30,994 bases of DNA from a virus, in the IMG/VR virus record IMGVR_UViG_3300010239_000001, positions 1-30,994 of that record, one strand, 5' to 3'. The translations under genes and the position numbers were made by a program. The notes below the pieces were generated by a model that saw only the letters and a program-made list of their open reading frames with translations, ran no database searches and was not told where the DNA came from. Every line of letters begins with the position of its first letter. The first letter of the stretch is position 1. Below, in pieces: positions 1-6,705 of the stretch.

Positions 1-14
1 CCAGTGATCCAGTC

Positions 15-179
15 TTAGAGGTTGTCTTTGACATAGACGATGGTCCAGTGCACGGCAGGAACCTCAGAGACTACATCAGAGTCTCCAAGCATCCAAAGAG
101 CAACCTGCAGAGATTTCGCCGCCGCTACGGCGACCTCCCAAAACCCGGGATGGTCGTCGAAGTCTACCCAGACCCCCAC
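15..179 (-). CDS. small hypothetical protein (tentative; GTG start at 179 chosen rather than the ORF-track start at 209)
   Basis: Open frame on the same strand as all other genes; GAGGAGG (197..191) lies 11 nt upstream of an in-frame GTG. No recognisable motif. Confidence 0.3.
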   Translation of the reverse strand: MGVWVDFDDHPGFWEVAVAAAKSLQVALWMLGDSDVVSEVPAVHWTIVYVKDNL

Positions 180-228
180 TATTACAAAATCCTCCTCTGA
201 TCCCCCCACTTTTTTCTTTTTTTTTAGC

Positions 229-696
229 TCATTTTGGTTTTATTGATTTTATGATGTTTTCACTCTCATCGCTAAGCGTTACGTGCGAGAACACGACAAA
301 AGTCATCCCTTGCTTCTCGAAGATGTAAGCACATTTGTCCAGTGTGTCATCGTAGTAAAATCTGCACGTTACCCCGTCGACATCTTCCCTCGAAGGACCC
401 TGCAACTCTGTGCCGTATTCCGCGGACAAATTAGCCAGCACCAGCTCAGCAAACTCGGGAGGCGAATCCGTAGCGATAACCAAGATAGCATCACCCTCGA
501 AATCCCTCAGTATCACATATTCTACGCCTTCTTCGCCTGGCGGATCATATTCTGTGACGTTCAGATAGTTGGCGTATTCGAATGTCATCCATTTGCCATC
601 GAAGGTCTTTGTTGCAGTCAAAGCTTGGTAGCCCATTACTGCTACTGCTGCTATAAAGATGATCGCTATGATTGCGAGCGCGCCCTTCCAAGACAT
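229..696 (-). CDS. membrane-anchored/secreted protein with N-terminal hydrophobic helix and acidic extracellular domain (possibly PsbP/Mog1-like)
   Basis: Perfect RBS GGAGGTGA upstream; N-terminus MSWKGALAIIAIIFIAAVAVMGY is a signal/anchor helix. The fold guess is from memory of methanogen proteins only. Confidence 0.7.
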   Translation of the reverse strand: MSWKGALAIIAIIFIAAVAVMGYQALTATKTFDGKWMTFEYANYLNVTEYDPPGEEGVEYVILRDFEGDAILVIATDSPPEFAELVLANLSAEYGTELQGPSREDVDGVTCRFYYDDTLDKCAYIFEKQGMTFVVFSHVTLSDESENIIKSIKPK

Positions 697-780
697 TATC
701 TTTTCACCTCCTTTTTTTTTTTCGGTTTGTAATGTGTTTTATCGTTTTTTCTTTATGTCTTTTGCGGTCCCCTGTGTGGA

Positions 781-853
<73 letters not shown>

Positions 854-900
854 AATCCCTTTTTCTGTTAATGATGATTATCAGAACATCTGAAGATGAT

Positions 901-920
901 AAAAAAATATAAGATTTGCA
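901..920 (-). promoter_or_regulatory. T-run terminator of the peptidase gene overlapping a possible BRE/TATA promoter for the tRNA
   Basis: Minus strand reads TGCAAATCTTATATTTTTTT just after the peptidase stop and about 55 nt upstream of the tRNA 5' end. Confidence 0.4.
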
Positions 921-923
921 AGC

Positions 924-1814
924 TTATTCTTCAAAATCAATCTCAGAGAACATGTCAATCTTGATTATGCTCCAAAAATCCCCCGCGAGATTCCTCCGAA
1001 CATACTCATAATCAAGGTAGCCGTGTCCACGGTCTCCCCAGTCCTCCCCCCAGCTGTTCCTGATTATCAGAGCCCCTTTAGTGTCGTCGTAGCCGACTGC
1101 GAGGACTGCATGGCCCCCGGCCTGCGAATCATGAGTGCTTGGAGGTTTTATGTATCCTCCGCGGGCCGCATCAGTTATGGCATCTCTATACACTGTGAAG
1201 CCAAAGAGCACGGGCTGTCCAGCTGCAAGGTGCCTCTTCACATCCCATAGAATCTCCTCTTGACTTCTGCCAATGCCATCATAGTTGTACCATGCATCCA
1301 CGCGATATTCATCCGCAAGAGCGTAAACGACGGGCTCATAGCTTCTGTCAAAGTCTCCCGTATCATAGTGCGTATTATACTTAGGATCCTCTTCTGGTGC
1401 CCCGAATCGATGCAGGGCCTGCATAGTGTGCTTTATTGTTGCTCCAGTGTCACCATTTTGGATTCCCATCAGATAGCGGTTGTGTTTGTAGATGAATAGC
1501 CTTGAAGGCGTCTTAGAATATTCCATCCCCTTGTTTTGATGATACCATCGCCTCTGATAATATTCAAGGGCCCCGGCGGCCGTGTTAGCTGTGCAGGAGC
1601 CCAGCTCGCCCTGATCGTAGACTGGGGGGAAATGTGCGCGCAGATCTACCCTCCTGGGGAGCGTGGAGGCGTCCTCGGGGACGTTGGTGTTTGTCCGTTC
1701 TTTGAGTATCTTTTCGGCTGTGAAGGCTCGAGGGTCGTCTTTTCGGATAGGGGAGGGTATCCAGCCGTAGAGCTTGTATTTGCGGCCGTTATATTTGATT
1801 TCCAAGCTCTTCAC
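924..1814 (-). CDS. papain-family (C1A) cysteine peptidase, candidate endolysin
   Basis: RVDLR..PPVYDQGELGSCTAN (oxyanion Q, catalytic C), GGHAVLAVGYDD (catalytic H), IIRNSWGEDWGDRGHG (catalytic N). The GTG start overlaps the stop of the upstream two-TM gene (GTGA). Confidence 0.92.
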   Translation of the reverse strand: MKSLEIKYNGRKYKLYGWIPSPIRKDDPRAFTAEKILKERTNTNVPEDASTLPRRVDLRAHFPPVYDQGELGSCTANTAAGALEYYQRRWYHQNKGMEYSKTPSRLFIYKHNRYLMGIQNGDTGATIKHTMQALHRFGAPEEDPKYNTHYDTGDFDRSYEPVVYALADEYRVDAWYNYDGIGRSQEEILWDVKRHLAAGQPVLFGFTVYRDAITDAARGGYIKPPSTHDSQAGGHAVLAVGYDDTKGALIIRNSWGEDWGDRGHGYLDYEYVRRNLAGDFWSIIKIDMFSEIDFEE

Positions 1815-2062
1815 TTCCCTATCTGTGCCCTGATTTTCTTTTTAGCTCTTAGGTAGTTGTAGACATATCCTGCAAGGACGGTTGCGATTCCAAGGCTAAA
1901 TAAGTCCATCCTGTCAGGCTGTTTGACGAAATCCAGGAGTACATAGGTTCCAAAGGCTATTAGGGTCGCTGCAATGCTCTGCCCTTTAAATACGTGCTCC
2001 AAAACGTACCTTGCGTATCTTTCGGCTTCCTCGGGGCTTATTTTTACTTTACCATCTTTCAT
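1811..2062 (-). CDS. small two-transmembrane protein, holin-like
   Basis: 83 aa, two hydrophobic segments (SIAATLIAFGTYVLLDFV; LFSLGIATVLAGYVYNYL), basic C-tail RAKKKIRAQIGK; translationally coupled to the peptidase; RBS GGAGG. Confidence 0.6.
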   Translation of the reverse strand: MKDGKVKISPEEAERYARYVLEHVFKGQSIAATLIAFGTYVLLDFVKQPDRMDLFSLGIATVLAGYVYNYLRAKKKIRAQIGK

Positions 2063-2081
2063 TTTAGATCCTCCTAGCTTC

Positions 2082-2429
2082 TTATTGGATATAGGCTTGT
2101 TTCTCTTTTGTTTCGTGCCCTTTGCGAAAGGATTTTAGGAGTAGGCGTAGTTGGGAGGCGTAGGGTCTGATAATGTGGTCTTTCTCTCCCAGTTTGTCGC
2201 CAACGTAGTAGGACCAGGCCCTCAAGACTTCTAAGCAAAAGAAGAACTCTTTAAGGTCGTCTGGCAGCTCTTGTGAGATGTAGATTCTCGTGTCTAAGGG
2301 ATCCCAATAGGAGTAGCGATTTCTCCATCCGCTTACTCCTATCTCTTTTAGAGTGGTTTTGAGCTTTCCCTCCTCTATTAGGACGATTTCATAGCTTATC
2401 CCAGCGATATTCACGCGTTTAGGCATCAT
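2082..2429 (-). CDS. hypothetical protein, possibly a degenerate zincin-like (ImmA/IrrE-type) fold
   Basis: Pattern RVNIAGISYEIV..RIYIS..L..LEVLRAW resembles phage zincin-like proteins, but HExxH is replaced by LEVLR. Confidence 0.5.
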   Translation of the reverse strand: MMPKRVNIAGISYEIVLIEEGKLKTTLKEIGVSGWRNRYSYWDPLDTRIYISQELPDDLKEFFFCLEVLRAWSYYVGDKLGEKDHIIRPYASQLRLLLKSFRKGHETKEKQAYIQ

Positions 2430-2452
2430 CTGTGGTTCCTCACCGTTTTCAA

Positions 2453-3160
2453 CTATAGTTCGTAGATTTGATAGTGTATGTCATCCTCTCTTGCTTCTAT
2501 TCGCACGAAGCCAGGCGGAGATGGTGGATACAGGCGGATTAGAGCGTATTCTGGTGTCCTGGCAAAGAAATGGCCGGTGCATGCGAGGCATTTCGGCCTT
2601 GGACGGCCCATATCGTTGATATACTTTTTGTAGGCTGTGAGGTAGTGTAGATGACCGTATAGGACGATGTCAGCCCGCGTATCCTTGGTATCATTGTAGA
2701 TCTTGGAGATTGCTGTTTCTACCCTCTTTGCGCCTCCGAAACCGTGCGTAGCAAACACACGATACCTCCGTTCGCCGACGCGGATGTTGTCATGGCATTG
2801 TATCGTCACATCGCATCCGAGACGTCTGCTGATGAGCTTAGCGACGTTCAGATTGTAGTCTCGTAGCATCCGACGCTCGTGGTTTCCGATACAGTAACTC
2901 CCGATATGCTTTCTGATTGGCTTGAATAATTCGACGACAGTCTCTATTTGCTCGTCTAAAGCCATGTCTTGATGGTATACGCTGTCCCCGACCTTCTTAT
3001 CAGCCGCTTCGACCAGATCCCCAAGGAGGTAGACTCGTTTCGGATTTGGGTCGATTCTGATGGCCTCGACTGCAAGTTTTGCTTTTTGCAAGTCGACGTC
3101 CTTGTGCCCGCAGTGCAAGTCTCCAATACCGTACAGGTTCAGCTTCTCCAGACTATCCAC
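2453..3160 (-). CDS. calcineurin-like metallophosphoesterase
   Basis: All five motifs are present: GDLHCG, LLGDLVE, IGNHE, ATHG, YGHLH. Confidence 0.9.
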   Translation of the reverse strand: MDSLEKLNLYGIGDLHCGHKDVDLQKAKLAVEAIRIDPNPKRVYLLGDLVEAADKKVGDSVYHQDMALDEQIETVVELFKPIRKHIGSYCIGNHERRMLRDYNLNVAKLISRRLGCDVTIQCHDNIRVGERRYRVFATHGFGGAKRVETAISKIYNDTKDTRADIVLYGHLHYLTAYKKYINDMGRPRPKCLACTGHFFARTPEYALIRLYPPSPPGFVRIEAREDDIHYQIYEL

Positions 3161-3200
3161 CTCTTTGTGCCTTTTTCATGTTCATAGCTTTACGGGGTGG

Positions 3201-3216
3201 TATTTAAGCTTTTCGG
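3201..3216 (-). promoter_or_regulatory. archaeal promoter (BRE + TATA box)
   Basis: Minus strand CCGAAAAG-CTTAAATA: purine-rich BRE directly followed by a TATA box, immediately after the stop of 3218..3607 and about 40 nt upstream of the phosphoesterase start. Confidence 0.7.
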
Positions 3217-3217
3217 T

Positions 3218-3607
3218 CTACCCCTTCTTCTTAAGGCGCCTGGCGAGGGATTCGTATATATGTTCTTCGATTTCGCGTGTGAAATGATCTGCAATGTCTT
3301 GTTTGAGTGCAGATATCACTCGTTCGTTACTCTCTCGCATAGCTTCGCTAATAAGATCTAATTCCTCTTCCTTCTTCTGTATTTTGTGAATGTCGCCCGC
3401 ATAATTGACTATAAAGCCGAGGGCGACGGTAAATACACCTAATCCAATCAGCCAGGGGCTTAGAGGCTTTGTTACAAACCCATTCTGGATCAGAATAAGC
3501 CCGGCGGCTATAAGAGTGCTGGAGGTGCTTGTCTTCACCATATTCGTCCTCAACATCGTTTTACGATAATGTTGGAGAATCTTGTCTTTGTATTCTTTGC
3601 CTATCAC
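3218..3607 (-). CDS. two-transmembrane protein with C-terminal coiled coil (second holin-like/lysis accessory candidate)
   Basis: Hydrophobic segments TLIAAGLILIQNGFV and WLIGLGVFTVALGFIVNYA, followed by a charged helical tail; RBS GGAGG/GGTGA; directly downstream of the fibre gene. Confidence 0.6.
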   Translation of the reverse strand: MIGKEYKDKILQHYRKTMLRTNMVKTSTSSTLIAAGLILIQNGFVTKPLSPWLIGLGVFTVALGFIVNYAGDIHKIQKKEEELDLISEAMRESNERVISALKQDIADHFTREIEEHIYESLARRLKKKG

Positions 3608-3621
3608 CTTCTCTACCCTCC

Positions 3622-6147
3622 TTATGGTCTGTGTGCGAATTCAGCTGTGTAAATGTACACGCCGCTGTTTGAATCGTCCCGCTCACACTTTATGGCGAGC
3701 CTGAGCGTTTGGTCTCGGATGTTTGGCGTGTAGATGACCTCAATCGTGCTGCCAATAGATGGGGGCTCGTCAAATGTTATTTGGCCGGTAGCGTAGTCGA
3801 CTGTAAAGCCCACATCTTCAATTAGATCTTGATCGTTGACTTGGACCAGGGAGATCGGCATGATCGGCACGTAGGGCAACTGGAACGTTGTCGTTGTGCC
3901 GTCGCCGACAGACGTCCACTTCTGAGTGTCGAGCCTGGCTGGTAGCGTGCCGTCACTAGCGTTTAAGCCTGAGACGATCAATGGCAGGTAATTGATTGTT
4001 AGAGTTCCTGCAAATTCTTTATAGAGCGTTATCTTCGCGTTTTCGTGATCTACATAGTAATCGTCATATTCATAGAGCGTTTCTAATTCGCCGCTACCAG
4101 AATCGAGACTCGCACTAACAGAGCCTTCTAAGACCTCGTTCGCTGGCAGATCGACCTCTGCGATGCTGTAGCTGATTTCTATCGTAGCTCCGTCTCCAGG
4201 CGCTGATGTAAACACCACTTCACCAGCAGAATAGTCTATCGTATAATCTGTGCCCCTAGTTTTCGTCACGCCGTCAACCGTGACCGTTTCGCTGCCGTTG
4301 AACACAGGAGTGTTAGCAACTGTGAACGTTGTAGTCGTGCCATCGCCTGTGAACGTTTCAGTGTAATTTGCGGGCTCCTGGTAGCTTATGAGCTCATCTT
4401 TGGCCACCGCTACGCTAACAGACGCGCCAGGATCCACATAGTAGTCAGAATCGACAGAAGACCAGACATTAGCACACAGTATTCCAAAGGCTGGCGGAGT
4501 GTACGGCTTTGTGACAACAAGCATCTCAGAGGCCGGCTCCATTTCAAAGGAGAGCTTGAGTTGCGAAATGCTTGGTGTCGCGCTTGAATCCGAGGTCTGG
4601 AGGCGCGCACGGAACAATAGAACGTCCGCTGAGGTGGAGAATGACTGATGATAGTTGTTCGAGGAATCGAGGGTGTACCATGCGATGCCAGACGGACTGG
4701 GCACGCCTACTTCGTAGGTTATGCTTGTGCCATCAGGTTGCGTGTCCGTTGCCTCAAGGGTAACCCCAGAGATCGGATTTAGGCGAACGGGCTTCAGATA
4801 AATGTATTTGTTATCGGAGTATTTTGTGACCGTCGTTGGGACTTGGGCAGGATACCAATAGTCGTATGTGTATTCTACCTCTTTTGGGACCAGGACTGTG
4901 CTGTAGGTTGGATATGATACGTCCACTTCCTCGTAGACTGTCTTGTGTACGTATTCTATCCATTCCTTCACGACTTCTTTGGGCGTTTGCACTTTTGTGA
5001 CACCGTCGATGCGGAAACAGATCGAACCGGTCACACCACACCCGTTTCGGGTCCCTGCGAGCCTCTGCCAGCCCACACGTTGATTCCAGTACATCCACGC
5101 CTGCCCAATCGTATTACCCGAGCTGTCTTTGATCGTATTTTTGTCTTTGACGCCGAGGATCCTCCAACCGTCGGCTGACTGCTCCTCCTCGGTCCAAATA
5201 ACAATAGCGTAGAAGTTATCTTTCTTGATTGGTGTGGAGAAGTCGAGCTTAGCTACCTCGCCCTGAAAGCCATTAGCAGCGTCCTCAAGCTCATGATATT
5301 CCAGGAGGCCTGACAGTTCGAGCCCTGGACACTTGTGGTCTACGACCTGGACATCTGGGATGCCGCTAGACTTTACTTTCGCCAGTCCAACGTAGAGCGG
5401 TTTCCCTTCACCTTTTGGCCTCTTCACGCAAAGGTAAATGTTCTTTACGGTCGTGTCGTATGGTGCTTTGAAGGTCTGGGCGAGTATAACCGTGTTCTTG
5501 CACCAACTCTTGCATCCAGGCCTCCAATCGACGTTAGAGCCCCTTGTAATGTCTTCTGTCTCGGGCCAACCAAAAATTGGAGTTAAAACGTCCTTTTCTT
5601 CCGTCGTATAGTAAACGTCGCGATGTGTGATCGGGATTTCAACTTCGCGGGGCACTGACTCCGTCACCCACTGTGTGCCGTCCCAGACCTGCGTCTCCAC
5701 GTAGACAACTTTCTTCTCGGAGCGGATTTCATGTTGCAAAACCTCCACGATCTCTGTCTCCTCATAGTCTGGCAGTCGAGCCTTGCCTTCCTCCGTGGCT
5801 ATCTCTGCGTCCGTCCTGCGAAGATCTACATATTCTCGGACGGTATTATAATCGCTGAAGTCCAAAATAATAGATGCGCTTGTCTCATTGTTAAATTTGT
5901 AGGCGCTCTTGCCCTCGTACGTCCCAATGCTGTACCCATATGAGTATTTTGAGTCATGGAAGGCGGGCGTAAAGACTTTCGTGATCTGTGGCCCGGTCTT
6001 CGCGTCGATCAGCTCAGTTTCATCTTTAAGGTAGCAGAGGGCCCGATGGTACCGTCTGAGCATGTCCTCTGTGACTTTGCGCTGACTGCCGTAGCTTGTG
6101 TCCCAGTCGGGCAGGCTGAACTCCTTTTCGGGGCATTGGCCGGTCAA
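3622..6147 (-). CDS. tail fibre/adhesin-like structural protein with C-terminal Ig-like repeats
   Basis: 841 aa, beta-rich; two clear and one diverged repeat of the type GDGTTTTF..V.V....DYTIDY..G.V.F..P..G.TI.I.Y; follows baseplate genes; TTG start with GGAGG 7 nt upstream. Confidence 0.7.
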   Translation of the reverse strand: MTGQCPEKEFSLPDWDTSYGSQRKVTEDMLRRYHRALCYLKDETELIDAKTGPQITKVFTPAFHDSKYSYGYSIGTYEGKSAYKFNNETSASIILDFSDYNTVREYVDLRRTDAEIATEEGKARLPDYEETEIVEVLQHEIRSEKKVVYVETQVWDGTQWVTESVPREVEIPITHRDVYYTTEEKDVLTPIFGWPETEDITRGSNVDWRPGCKSWCKNTVILAQTFKAPYDTTVKNIYLCVKRPKGEGKPLYVGLAKVKSSGIPDVQVVDHKCPGLELSGLLEYHELEDAANGFQGEVAKLDFSTPIKKDNFYAIVIWTEEEQSADGWRILGVKDKNTIKDSSGNTIGQAWMYWNQRVGWQRLAGTRNGCGVTGSICFRIDGVTKVQTPKEVVKEWIEYVHKTVYEEVDVSYPTYSTVLVPKEVEYTYDYWYPAQVPTTVTKYSDNKYIYLKPVRLNPISGVTLEATDTQPDGTSITYEVGVPSPSGIAWYTLDSSNNYHQSFSTSADVLLFRARLQTSDSSATPSISQLKLSFEMEPASEMLVVTKPYTPPAFGILCANVWSSVDSDYYVDPGASVSVAVAKDELISYQEPANYTETFTGDGTTTTFTVANTPVFNGSETVTVDGVTKTRGTDYTIDYSAGEVVFTSAPGDGATIEISYSIAEVDLPANEVLEGSVSASLDSGSGELETLYEYDDYYVDHENAKITLYKEFAGTLTINYLPLIVSGLNASDGTLPARLDTQKWTSVGDGTTTTFQLPYVPIMPISLVQVNDQDLIEDVGFTVDYATGQITFDEPPSIGSTIEVIYTPNIRDQTLRLAIKCERDDSNSGVYIYTAEFAHRP

Positions 6148-6173
6148 TGGTAGCCCTCCACGCTAACAAGTTC

Positions 6174-6662
6174 TTATGCTCTTGCTAATGAGATTTCGTA
6201 GGTCACATCCATCGTAAATCCGTCTGGGATTTGCACTGCGGGGTCCAGGACTTTTCTCGCGATCATCTGACCGCCGCTGCTTGCATTGAAGACACCTACT
6301 TCTTGTGTTCCGTTGATCTCGGAAGATGTGAAGCTTGCTGAAACTTCTACTTTGTAATCGCTTGTGTCTACGGAAACGGTGGCTGTTTTTCTCAGTGTTT
6401 CGTCTCCGAGGCCGGTCTGTGTTGCTGATTCGGCTGTGTTGCTTGTTCCAATGGCAAGATGGGATATAGCGGCGTATGATGTGTCTTTTAGCCTTGTGAG
6501 GGTCACTATAAGGCCCCTGTTTGTCACTATGTTCTTCCCATAGCCTATTTTCATTTCACGGTCCATAAACATGTTCTGAACGTGTATAACCCCATATACT
6601 TCCCCTTTGATGCGAAGGGGCTGTTTTTCGCTTATCTTTTGTTCAGTCGTATTCGTCATCAT
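6174..6662 (-). CDS. tail-collar/fibre attachment protein (resembles the N-terminal domain of myovirus tail fibres)
   Basis: Motifs NIVTNRG, ISHLAIGTSNT, TQTGLGDETLRK and EVGVFNASSGGQMIARKV match the fibre-anchor pattern; position between wedge and fibre genes. Confidence 0.6.
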   Translation of the reverse strand: MMTNTTEQKISEKQPLRIKGEVYGVIHVQNMFMDREMKIGYGKNIVTNRGLIVTLTRLKDTSYAAISHLAIGTSNTAESATQTGLGDETLRKTATVSVDTSDYKVEVSASFTSSEINGTQEVGVFNASSGGQMIARKVLDPAVQIPDGFTMDVTYEISLARA

Positions 6663-6705
6663 TTCCCTCCAGAAAGCTTTTTTTTTAGACAGAAGATTTT
6701 TTTTT

